Part shown: piece by piece, positions 50,389-60,343 of the stretch
Position numbering within the stretch: the first letter of the stretch is position 1
Layout of the letters: each line of letters begins with the position of its first letter
NCBI GenBank assembly: GCA_965203275.1
Contig: OZ241865.1
Span: forward strand, 864,001-928,000
Origin: Bdellovibrionales bacterium
GTDB taxonomy: Bacteria; Bdellovibrionota; Bdellovibrionia; Bdellovibrionales; JAUICD01
Length of the DNA stretch: 64,000 bases
Reading direction: 5' to 3'
The notes under the pieces: model-generated
Databases searched by the model: none
The model's input: only the letters and a program-made list of their open reading frames with translations
What the model was told of the DNA's origin: nothing
Position numbers and translations under genes: made by a program

Positions 50389-51282
50389 TCACAACACAAT
50401 TATATCCTTATTATAAGGATGAAACAGCTCTTCCATAAGTTTTTCAAAAAAATCATCTATCATGGAATGTCTCCTTCGAGATAGGAAATTCATAAATGCC
50501 ATAACATCATAGTCCATAATGGAAATGGAATCCATACTGGAAGAAGATACTCTTTTTTCTAGTGTTCCATATAGATGTTCGCGATTGAGATCGCAGTGAC
50601 CTAGCTCATGGAATAAAAGTACCTTTCTTCTCCAGTCTCTTATTTGGATTTTTTTTATGCGTGTAAGTTCTGACTCTTCCTGTTTCATATCTTCTATTAT
50701 TTCCTTTTTGTCTTTATCAGAAAGTTTCTTGTAATCATTTATCTGTTTAGTTAAACCGGGATCAGGCTCATCACGAGGAATGTACTTGTATGAAATATCT
50801 TCATTGACATATCTATCTAAATGAGCATGGTTCATAGATTCAATTTCAGAAAGGCTTAAAGAAAACCAAACTTTTCTATTAATCAATATCAATTTAAACC
50901 CATAATCAAATATAATAAGACTAAGACAAACTCCTTGATTACTCATCCAATAATGATTAGAAGGCAGATCATCGAATACATCAGTAAAAAAAATACGAAC
51001 ATCAGAATTAATAGGTGAACCTTTGAAAAATTCATACTCTTGAGTATAATTTAAAAAGGCAGGGTCATTGTCCTGTCCTTGTAAAGAGAGTAACTGATTT
51101 TGAAATTGGACTTCATCGACTTCATATAAAATGTTGTCTTTGGAGGTTTCCGCACAACCTATAGCTCCTATAGCTATAGAAAGAGCCAATAAAATAATAG
51201 TTGATAGTTTCATAGCTTTCATAGTTATCCTCTTGTTATTGTTGGTTATTATGTCTTGGTTTTTCACTACATCTATTTTCAT
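50389..51282 (-). CDS. Putative metallopeptidase lipoprotein (start likely 51222)
   Basis: AIGC lipobox; LLFHELGHCDLNREH and SIM Met-turn. Confidence 0.7.
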   Translation of the reverse strand: MKIDVVKNQDIITNNNKRITMKAMKLSTIILLALSIAIGAIGCAETSKDNILYEVDEVQFQNQLLSLQGQDNDPAFLNYTQEYEFFKGSPINSDVRIFFTDVFDDLPSNHYWMSNQGVCLSLIIFDYGFKLILINRKVWFSLSLSEIESMNHAHLDRYVNEDISYKYIPRDEPDPGLTKQINDYKKLSDKDKKEIIEDMKQEESELTRIKKIQIRDWRRKVLLFHELGHCDLNREHLYGTLEKRVSSSSMDSISIMDYDVMAFMNFLSRRRHSMIDDFFEKLMEELFHPYNKDIIVL

Positions 51283-51386
51283 TTTTTCCTTAACTCAATA
51301 ATTTAAGCAGTTTGCAGTTTATACTACTTACATTTGCACTTAGAATGCCACTTATAACATCGCATAAGATACAAGTCAAGACGTCT

Positions 51387-52345
51387 TTTTCACTAAAAGT
51401 GGTCTAGCCTCTGGCTACTTTCTGGTTGCCAGCCGAAGGCTACCGCCTTCTTATCTTTTTCACTAAAAATAAACCAGCCTCTGGCTGTTTTTGGACATTG
51501 CTCTGACAGCTATCGCTGTCCAAAAAGAGCAATGCCGCAAAAAACTGCTCATTTTGAGTAGGGGAGGATATCTTCGTTTCTTAACACCATGTTAAGGGTT
51601 TGTTTCACTCAAAATAAATCATGCCTCTGGCATGTTTTCTGGCAGTTAGCCCGACGACTGTCGTCATCGATTAAAGGCTAACTGCCTAGAAAATTCATTT
51701 ATTTTGAGTAGGGAGGATCTCCTCGTTTTTTGACTACATGTTAAGGAAACAAGATATTCGCTTTATCCTTGCCTGTCTGCCGGATGCCGGGTTGCCAGAC
51801 CCGGATCCCGGATTAACACGATGTTAAGGAAAAAGATTTCCTTCTGATGTTTGCTCTGACAGCTATCGCTGTCCAAAAAGAGCAATGTCTCAAAAGTCCG
51901 TTTACTTTTAGTAGAAAGGATCCTCTTGCTTTTTAACACAATGTTAAGGAAAAAGAGTTTTATTCACAAACTGCTTGCTCTTGAGGTAATAAAAGAAATT
52001 TTTCCTTAACATGGTGTAGAGGAATAAAAGGATCCTCCTCTACTCAAAATGAACAAGCTTTTGAGGTAGCCAGCCTTTTACGACGGCGTGAGCCGTCGGG
52101 CTGGCTACCCAAAAGTGGCCAGAGGCCAGTTCATTTTGAGTGAAAAAAATTGAGGACTTCGGAAGGCTCCCGTTGCCCCATCCTCAAGTAAAAACAAAAT
52201 GGAAAAGCAGAATCGAAGGGCGGTGGGGGGGTTAGGGATAATCCGTTTACTTTTAGTAAGAAGGATCCATTCGTTCTCTGACATGATGTTAAGGAAACAA
52301 GATTTTCTTCTGATGCCTGACTGCCAGATCCCGGATCCCGGATAA
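51387..52345. repeat. Large cluster of structured repeats
   Basis: Full copies ~51457-51598, ~51602-51750, ~51998-52145; other modules at 51776, 52150, 52311. Confidence 0.92.
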
Positions 52346-52485
52346 ACATAATGCACTTATCAATAAGTCTTTCAAAATCAGCCATATCATCAATCTTTTC
52401 TTCAATATCATTAACCTTTTTTTCAATATGACTTATTTGTGTTTGTATAGGATCATTTAATATATCACCTGTATCTTTTTTAAAT

Positions 52486-53346
52486 TTAAAAATTAACACC
52501 CAATATGCCAAACCCTTGAAAACCATGGTTCGAACTTCTAATGTTAAATTCTTGTGCATCTATAAGAAGTACAGGAAATCTTACAAATTGATAGCGAGCT
52601 TCAAATCCAAAAAAAACTTTATTAAGTGTGAGAGGGAATTCAATGCCCAACCCTCCATGAAACCCAAAAATCCTTTTACCATCAGTAAAAGGGGCTGGAC
52701 TACCTACAAATTTTATTTTTCGACTGATGCTACTAGCACCTGCTATAAAATAAGGATTAAATGAAGCAAGTCCTTGAGTGATATTTTGTGTATTAAGGTA
52801 GTATTTAACATCCAGTCCTATCTGTGTCAGAGACATTTCATGAATATACCTTTCCATATTGACATCATTTACTTGTATGTCTAAAGCTCTAAAAGGATGA
52901 AGACCCGCGAGGTAGTGAAATTGTATGGCAATCCTCATATTAAAGAAAAAGGAAAAAAATCCTCCACCTAAAAAAGCAGGTCTCGTATGCTGGCCTAACC
53001 TGCCTGTAAACACTCTCATACCAAACAAACCACCCAATGAAAGCAAGCGTCCATGCTTGAAAAAGTAAATATCGGCTTCTTCTGAAGATGTATTTTCAAA
53101 GTCTGAGTAATCTGTGAAAGGATCATAAGTATCTGCTGAATCCTCAAGCTGTGCTAACTCAAATAAAGGCGTTGTCTCTACCTGCAATTGTTGAGTATTC
53201 TGCTTTTGTGTTGAATCTAAAGGCCACGTAAAATCAGAAGCTTTTAAAGGATGAGTCACAAACAATAACAGCAAAGCAAGAATAAAATAAAATCTGCAAT
53301 GACTTAAAAAGCAAATTCTTTGTCTATCGGTGTATACCTCTCTCAA
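52486..53346 (-). CDS. Outer-membrane beta-barrel protein
   Basis: DPFTDYSDFE...EEADIYFFKHGR, NPYFIAG, terminal Phe (LGVNF). Confidence 0.75.
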   Translation of the reverse strand: MREVYTDRQRICFLSHCRFYFILALLLLFVTHPLKASDFTWPLDSTQKQNTQQLQVETTPLFELAQLEDSADTYDPFTDYSDFENTSSEEADIYFFKHGRLLSLGGLFGMRVFTGRLGQHTRPAFLGGGFFSFFFNMRIAIQFHYLAGLHPFRALDIQVNDVNMERYIHEMSLTQIGLDVKYYLNTQNITQGLASFNPYFIAGASSISRKIKFVGSPAPFTDGKRIFGFHGGLGIEFPLTLNKVFFGFEARYQFVRFPVLLIDAQEFNIRSSNHGFQGFGILGVNF

Positions 53347-53923
53347 AATTCCCCTCCCTGAAATGATCCATCCCTTATTTTATATATTTTTTAACTTTTC
53401 TTATCCTTAAAATCTTGTCAAAATCCCTACTAATCCAACAGCAAGCTTCTCTGAAACCTGCCACATTACAACACTAAGCGATAACCAGATAACTATTTGT
53501 CAACAGCGTAAACTATTGCGGTCATTGCCTAAAGCCCTAAAACCATTGCCTAAAATCTAAAATCAAAGTCTAAAGCTAAAGACTAGTTTGCTTTAAATAC
53601 AACCATGCTTTTTATCTTTTTCGTCATTTTTGACAATTATGTTTAATTTTTAACATAAAAAGTGAAATAAGCCATAGATACTGGACATTATAGTAGATAT
53701 GACATTTCAAGAAAGTTATGGCTTGTATTGTATAAAAGGCTAAAAGGCTATTTTTTAGAAAAAAGAAACTTCAGCTACATCTTCTATTTAGAGCCTACTT
53801 AGCAATATTTCAATAAAATTTGTAGTCAATCTTTTCTTCTTCCACTTAAATGCTTAAATAATAAACTAGAAATCATTAAAGATATTGTGTTAGAATAAAT
53901 AAAGATATTAAAAAGGAGTTATT

Positions 53924-55189
53924 ATGGATAAAGAAAACCACCTTACAACACTGACAACCGAAGAGAAAGCCCTAACTATCAATCGCAATCAGCAAAATTA
54001 TGGAAGCTTTGCAGAAATTGGAGCAGGACAAGAGGCTGCTCGTTGGTTTTTTCAAGCAGGGCTTTCCTCTAATACCATAGCTAAAACCATGTCGGCTTAT
54101 GATATGACTTTTAGTGATACTATTTATGGCAAAGAGGAAACAGGAGGTTATGTTTGTGAAAGCCGTTTGATTAAAATGCTCAACCATGAATACAAGCTTA
54201 TAGAAGAACGTCTAGGTCAAGAAAGGGGTAGTACCACGCATTTCTTTGCTTTTGCCAATACAGTGGCTGCTAGAAGTCGTCTAGTGGCTAAAGGACACGG
54301 CTGGTTAGGCATTCGGTTTCAAAAGGACTCTTTAAAGCCTCCTAGTGATCTGGTGATTCATGTCAACTTATTGGATCCTCGAAACCTTCTTCAACAAGAA
54401 GCTATTGGTATTGTGAGTGTTAATCTCATTTTTGGAGCTTTGCACTTTTCTGGCAATTTAACTCAGGTCTTGCAATCCCTTACTGATAACCTCAAACAGG
54501 ATCGCATTGAAGTTGACATGGTAAGTTGTTCTGGCCCAGCTTGTGCAGGAGGAGATCACCGATTGATGAATTTATATTTAGTCAACTTTCACTTAGGTCC
54601 ATGGGTGGTGTTTGGCCCTGATAAAAAAGTGCATCAACCTTATGAGATTCTTTCCAAGAAAAATTTACTGATCCACAGAGGAAAGCCTCATTCTCAAAGC
54701 CTACCTCTACTTAAAAGTTTTGTGCAAAAATACTCTCAAAAACATAAAAATAATACCCTTGTTTTAATAGATATTGCCTTGAGCGACTTTTTAAATAGTG
54801 AGGGTTCTAATTTGTCTTCTGTTTTATCTGATATAGATGATCTCAATCAGCAAGGTTATTATGTTTTGATCAACGATGATCACACAACAGCAGATTTAAG
54901 TAAAAGATTGAAAGAACAAGCCATTCAATCACATACATTTATTGCAGATACACATACTTTAGAGCATTTATTTCACGAACCAGATCAATACAAGCACTTA
55001 AATGGTGGTATCTTAGAAGGTATGGGACATCTTTTCGATGGAAATACCCAAATTTATGTTTATCCTCATCACACAGACGATAAAAATATAAACCTTGAAA
55101 GTTTCAGTCCTCAAGCTCCTTATTTGAATATTTACAAGTATTTAATAGCTGAAGGCAAAATTAAAACTGTTGAGTCGTTTAATCTATAG
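53924..55189 (+). CDS. Conserved protein of the YGSFAEIGAGQE family (often annotated nicotinate-nucleotide adenylyltransferase-like)
   Basis: YGSFAEIGAGQE, IAKTMSAYDM, GHGWLGIRFQ. Confidence 0.65.
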   Translation: MDKENHLTTLTTEEKALTINRNQQNYGSFAEIGAGQEAARWFFQAGLSSNTIAKTMSAYDMTFSDTIYGKEETGGYVCESRLIKMLNHEYKLIEERLGQERGSTTHFFAFANTVAARSRLVAKGHGWLGIRFQKDSLKPPSDLVIHVNLLDPRNLLQQEAIGIVSVNLIFGALHFSGNLTQVLQSLTDNLKQDRIEVDMVSCSGPACAGGDHRLMNLYLVNFHLGPWVVFGPDKKVHQPYEILSKKNLLIHRGKPHSQSLPLLKSFVQKYSQKHKNNTLVLIDIALSDFLNSEGSNLSSVLSDIDDLNQQGYYVLINDDHTTADLSKRLKEQAIQSHTFIADTHTLEHLFHEPDQYKHLNGGILEGMGHLFDGNTQIYVYPHHTDDKNINLESFSPQAPYLNIYKYLIAEGKIKTVESFNL

Positions 55190-56342
55190 CTTTGTTTTGA
55201 GCAATCCGATTTAAAAATTCTGTGAAGGGGAAAACTTCAATATCAGGAGCAGGTTTTAAAAGGTTTTTACCTGTATATATCCCATAAGCTTTTGTGATGA
55301 TTTTGTTCTCTTTTAGAATTTTAAGTCCTCTGTGGTATTTGTCCTTCCATTGAGAGCTGTGTTTGATTTCAAATCCAATTTGTTTTTTCCCACAGGACCA
55401 TATCAAATCAACTTCTGTGCCGGACTCTGTCCTCCAATAAGATAACTTACCACCTAAGTTGAAGTAAGAATTAAGAAGCCTTATTTCATTGATAAAGTAT
55501 GTTTCAAATAATTTGCCTTTTTCTGATGATAAAGGATGATCTCTTATCTGATGAGCAAGTGTACGTTGCACACCACAATCAAAAAGATAGAATTTAGGAT
55601 GTGCGATTTCTTTTATTTTTGCTTTGGCTTTTAATGCAGGAAGATAAAAGCCAATCAGTGTATCTTGAAGTATATCAAAATATCCTTGGACAGTTGAGCG
55701 AGCAATGCCTACATCTCTTGCTATATTACTGATATTGAGAATTTCCCCATTGACAATAGCCATCACTTCGAGAAACCGATAAAAATGATGTAGGTGTCTT
55801 ACAAGGGCTTCTTGTTGAATCTCCTCTTCTAAATAAGTTTTAACGTAGCTTTCTAAAAAAGCGATTTTATTTTGTTTTTTTGGTTCTATGATAGACATGG
55901 GAAGCAACCCATATTTCAAGACAGATTCTAAAGAAAAGTGTGGTAGCTCTAAATAACTTAAAGGGCCAAGTTGGTAAGATAAGGCTCTACCAGCTAACAT
56001 ATTTGCTTGTATGCGTTTGAGTTTTCTAGCACTAGAGCCAGATAGAGCAAAAAAATATTGATTTTGATATGCAAAGAGCAAAGAATGCACTTCATCTAAT
56101 AGCTCTGGTACTTTTTGTATTTCATCAATGATAATCCAGCTTTTCAAAGGAAGGGCTTCGACTTGCTCCCTTAAAAGAGAGGGCTTGCGTTTATATTGTA
56201 AAAATTGTGACGATTGTAAAAGGTCTATTGTAAGAGTAGCATGGCTTAAGCTTTGATGAATAAGCCATGTTGACTTTCCAACTCCACGTGGGCCAAAAAT
56301 AAAAAAGCTTTTACAAGGTAATTTTAAAATGCGTTGATACAT
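55179..56342 (-). CDS. AAA+ ATPase with DUF4143-type C-terminal nuclease-like domain
   Basis: GPRGVGKST, IIDEIQKVP, PKFYLFDCG, YWRT..G.EVDLI...FEIK. Confidence 0.88.
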   Translation of the reverse strand: MYQRILKLPCKSFFIFGPRGVGKSTWLIHQSLSHATLTIDLLQSSQFLQYKRKPSLLREQVEALPLKSWIIIDEIQKVPELLDEVHSLLFAYQNQYFFALSGSSARKLKRIQANMLAGRALSYQLGPLSYLELPHFSLESVLKYGLLPMSIIEPKKQNKIAFLESYVKTYLEEEIQQEALVRHLHHFYRFLEVMAIVNGEILNISNIARDVGIARSTVQGYFDILQDTLIGFYLPALKAKAKIKEIAHPKFYLFDCGVQRTLAHQIRDHPLSSEKGKLFETYFINEIRLLNSYFNLGGKLSYWRTESGTEVDLIWSCGKKQIGFEIKHSSQWKDKYHRGLKILKENKIITKAYGIYTGKNLLKPAPDIEVFPFTEFLNRIAQNKAID

Positions 56343-56514
56343 GATATGTACTCCTCTTGCTTTGTGGTTTTTGTGGTCATAGTTTTAGTTATATTTTTAG
56401 TTAAGTTATGACTATAGTTATAGTTTTTTAGTTTTACAGTTTTAAATAGCCTTGTTGATAGATCCGTTAAATTTACAGTGATTTTAACAAAACTATCGGC
56501 ATTTGTCTAAGTTT

Positions 56515-57550
56515 TTTTCACTAAAAATAAACCAGCCTCTGTTTCACTCAAAGTGAACTGGCCTCTGGCCACTTTTGGACAATGACCGCAAAGGCTTTCG
56601 CCTTTGACAAAATGGTCATTGCCTCAAAAGCCTGTTCACTTTGAGTAAGGAGGATCCCTTCGTTTTTTTACACAATGTTAAGGAAAATATCCTTCTAATA
56701 ACAGTTAGCCCGACGACTTTCGTCCTCGATCAAAAGCTGGCTACCTCAAAAGCTTGTTCAATTTTAGGAAGGAGGATATCCTCATTTCTTAACACAATGT
56801 TAAGGAGTTTGTTTCACTCAAAGTGAACTGGCCTCTGGCCACTTTTGGACAATGACCGCAAAGGCTTTCGCCTTTGACAAAATGGTCATTGCCTCAAAAG
56901 CCTGTTCACTTTGAGTAAGGAGGATCCCTTCGTTTTTTTACACAATGTTAAGGAAAATATCCTTCTAATAACAGTTAGCCCGACGACTTTCGTCCTCGAT
57001 CAAAAGCTGGCTACCTCAAAAGCTTGTTCAATTTTAGGAAGGAGGATATCCTCATTTCTTAACACAATGTTAAGGAGTTTGTTTCACTCAAAGTGAACTG
57101 GCCTCTGGCCACTTTTGGACAATGACCGCAAAGGCTTTCGCCTTTGACAAAATGGTCATTGCCTCAAAAGCCTGTTCACTTTGAGTAAGGAGGATCCCTT
57201 CGTTTTTTTACACAATGTTAAGGAAAATATCCTTCTAATAACAGTTAGCCCGACGACTTTCGTCCTCGATCAAAAGCTGGCTACCTCAAAAGCTTGTTCA
57301 ATTTTAGGAAGGAGGATATCCTCATTTCTTAACACAATGTTAAGGAGTTTGTTTCACTCAAAGTGAACTGGCCTCTGGCCACTTTTGGACAATGACCGCA
57401 AAGGCTTTCGCCTTTGACAAAATGGTCATTGTCTCAAAAGCCTGTTCACTTTGAGTAGGGAGGATCCTTTCGTTTTTTAACACAATGTTAAGGAAAAAGT
57501 TCCTTCATCACTTTCACTAAAAGTAAACTGACCTCTGGTCATTTTTGAGT
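56515..57550. repeat. Structured repeat array; 270-bp tandem unit x3 plus partial fourth
   Basis: GTTTCACTCAAAGTGAAC at 56541, 56811, 57081, 57351. Confidence 0.95.
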
Positions 57551-57583
57551 TAGCAGTGTCTTTTTGTTGGATATAGTAAAAGA

Positions 57584-58003
57584 TTAAGTGGAAGGTTTAG
57601 ATAGCAACTCAAATATCTTATCAAGACGTCGATTGGTATCTTTATTTTGTGCGGTTAAGTCTTTATAGTTTTGGTCAATCTTCTGCTCAAGTGCTTTAGT
57701 ATTATTATCAACTTTCTGCTCAAGTTTATCAACTTTATGCTCAAGTGCCTTAGTATTATTATCAATTTTCTGGTCAAGTGCTTTAATATTATTATCAATT
57801 TTCTGATCAAGTGCCTTAATGTCGTCCTTCATCTCTTTAATCTGTGAGGGTATATGATTACTGACTTGTTCTTTAATATCCTTCTTAAAATCTTTGAATT
57901 GTTCCTTGAACTGTTCTTTAAAAGGTTCAATATAAAACCTCACTATGCCAATTAAGCTGACAAAGAAAACTATGAAAGTTACGATTATTTGCAAAAACTC
58001 CAT
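57584..58003 (-). CDS. Small membrane-anchored coiled-coil repeat protein
   Basis: N-terminal TM helix; KALDQKIDNN-type repeats; GAGG RBS. Confidence 0.75.
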   Translation of the reverse strand: MEFLQIIVTFIVFFVSLIGIVRFYIEPFKEQFKEQFKDFKKDIKEQVSNHIPSQIKEMKDDIKALDQKIDNNIKALDQKIDNNTKALEHKVDKLEQKVDNNTKALEQKIDQNYKDLTAQNKDTNRRLDKIFELLSKPST

Positions 58004-58159
58004 ATTTTAATACCTCTATTTTATATCATTATACCCTATTAACATTAAAAGTCAACCGCCTACATTAAACTATAACAACATGCAACATCTTAACTGACTA
58101 AAATAAACAGCTTTTTTGATACGAAACTTTGTTGGCTTGCTAACTACCTAAAGAATCTA

Positions 58160-58222
58160 TACATTTTAAGCAAGGATGTCCTCATTTCTTAACACAATGT
58201 TAAGGAAAAAGAGTTTCTTCTG
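58160..58222. repeat. Fragment of the structured repeat
   Basis: AAGGATGTCCTCATTTCTTAACACAATGTTAAGGAAAAAG. Confidence 0.8.
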
Positions 58223-58235
58223 ATAGCTTAAGCGT

Positions 58236-60248
58236 CTAAATTCGTAATGCATCAATAACTTGCAATTTTTCAGCTTTTATTGCAGGAATAAGTCCACTTA
58301 AAATCCCTATAATAAAAATAGACACAAAAGACAACAAAATAGCCAAAGGATCAAGTATCCATTCGAATTCTAAATTGTTCATTAAGAGTGATGCAATATA
58401 AATAGTGCTTTGATAAACACAAATACCTACTACGACTCCTATGATCCCTGCTAAACCACACAAAATAACAGACTCTAATAAAAAAGCTCTGCGAATACTT
58501 AAATGAGTAGCCCCTATTGATTTACGAACTCCTATATCTCTTAATCTTTCTGACACAGTAGCCAGCATCATATTAGCAATGCCTATGCCACCTACAAGTA
58601 GAGATGCCAAAGCAATAATTGTTAATAAAATAGAAAATAAGTTTAAAAACTTTTGCATTTGAGCTAATAATACACTATCAGAATTAACACTAAAATATCC
58701 TGTCTTGCCGTATTTCATTTGAAAAAAGTTTTTTACAACAAGTCCTATTTTCTCTATATCACTGTTTGGATTGACTGCTATAGATATCTCCTGTATACGT
58801 GCCGACCAATCATCGCTAAACATTTGAAAAGTAGTAAATGGAATATAAACTTGTAAGTTCGGTTTGATCCATTCTTTATTAGAAGTTCTATTTTCTAGGA
58901 TACCAATCACTTTACAGGCAATCATATTGTAATCTCCTTTAGAAAGATAAATGATTTGTCCAATCGGTGAAATATGAAGGAAAAGCCTCTGAGCTATCTC
59001 AAAGCCAATGACACAAACAGAATCTCTTCTCTCTACGTGATAATTATTGATGCCTACACCTGCAAGTAATTTCCAATCTAAAATATTAAGACCATCTTCA
59101 GAAATTCCCATCAAAACAGTTGCATCTTTTATTGATTGGCCAGAGAAAATAACAGATAAACCCCAACTTCTCATCAAGGGAGAAATTAATTTAATGTCTG
59201 AAAAAATATCTTTTAAGTAAAGAATTTCATTCTTCCAGTCAAAAGACTCAAAATATGCAGGTGTCCAATCTGTAGCTTTAAGATTCCAGTTGACATGCCC
59301 TGTGAACAAAAAAGTATTTACTCCCAAATCAGCATAACTATTTAATATTTTTTCTTCTGTAAAACGTCCTAAGGTAACCATAGAAGTCAAAGCTGCAACA
59401 CCTACTACAATTCCTAACATTGTCAAAAATGACCTGGTTTTGTTTTGAAAGGCATGCATTAAAGATAAAGGAAAGAGTTTTAAGATTTGAGAAAGCCAAG
59501 AAGCTTTTGAATATGCTTTCAAAGACTTCTCCTGTGATAACTTGTTGATTTGTTTGCTTGCTTTCTTTACTCCAAGTAATTGTCCATCTTGAAGTGTGAA
59601 AACTTTTGATGCTATCTGAGCAATGTCTCTTTCATGGGTAATTAAAACAATGCTCTTACCTTGTGCATGTAATTTTTGAAGTATTTCAAGAATCTGTTGT
59701 GTTGATTGAAAATCTAAATGACCTGTGGGTTCATCCGCTAAAATAATATCAGGATCATGGATTAAAGCCCTTGCAATAGCAACTCGTTGTTGTTGACCTC
59801 CAGAAAGCTCGTTGGGTTTATGTTGTAACCTGTTTTCTATACCCAAAGTACAAGCTAGCTTTTGAGCTTTTTTATTGAAATCTTGTGAAGGTTTTCTTTC
59901 TTCTATGGGATAAAATGTTGGTAAAAGAATATTTTCTAAAGCTGTGAGCTGAGGGATCAGGTGAAATTGTTGAAAAACAAACCCTAAGTTTTTGTTCCTC
60001 AAAAGAGATAACTCTAAATCCTTCATTTGATCTAAGGCATAACCTTTAAGGAAAATACAACCTCTTTGAAATTGTAACAATCCAGCTATTAAATAGAGGA
60101 GAGTTGACTTGCCTGAACCTGATTGCCCCTGGATAGCGACAAATTCTCCTTTTTGAATCTGCAAATCAAAAGCTTTGAAAACAGGTATTGAAAGCTTCCC
60201 TCTCTTGTATGCAAAATGCAAATCTTGAATTTCAATTAGGTTTTTCAT
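58236..60248 (-). CDS. macB: MacB-type ABC transporter (ATPase-permease fusion)
   Basis: GQSGSGKST, LSGGQQQR, ADEPTG, RSFLTMLG, VGGIGIANMM. Confidence 0.9.
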   Translation of the reverse strand: MKNLIEIQDLHFAYKRGKLSIPVFKAFDLQIQKGEFVAIQGQSGSGKSTLLYLIAGLLQFQRGCIFLKGYALDQMKDLELSLLRNKNLGFVFQQFHLIPQLTALENILLPTFYPIEERKPSQDFNKKAQKLACTLGIENRLQHKPNELSGGQQQRVAIARALIHDPDIILADEPTGHLDFQSTQQILEILQKLHAQGKSIVLITHERDIAQIASKVFTLQDGQLLGVKKASKQINKLSQEKSLKAYSKASWLSQILKLFPLSLMHAFQNKTRSFLTMLGIVVGVAALTSMVTLGRFTEEKILNSYADLGVNTFLFTGHVNWNLKATDWTPAYFESFDWKNEILYLKDIFSDIKLISPLMRSWGLSVIFSGQSIKDATVLMGISEDGLNILDWKLLAGVGINNYHVERRDSVCVIGFEIAQRLFLHISPIGQIIYLSKGDYNMIACKVIGILENRTSNKEWIKPNLQVYIPFTTFQMFSDDWSARIQEISIAVNPNSDIEKIGLVVKNFFQMKYGKTGYFSVNSDSVLLAQMQKFLNLFSILLTIIALASLLVGGIGIANMMLATVSERLRDIGVRKSIGATHLSIRRAFLLESVILCGLAGIIGVVVGICVYQSTIYIASLLMNNLEFEWILDPLAILLSFVSIFIIGILSGLIPAIKAEKLQVIDALRI

Positions 60249-60343
60249 ATTATGTACAGGTAAAGATTTAAGACAAATCCATTTGTCAACAAACAGAAAG
60301 CCTTTTAAAACAATTCTCTATTACTTCTTAACTCTAAAAGCTT

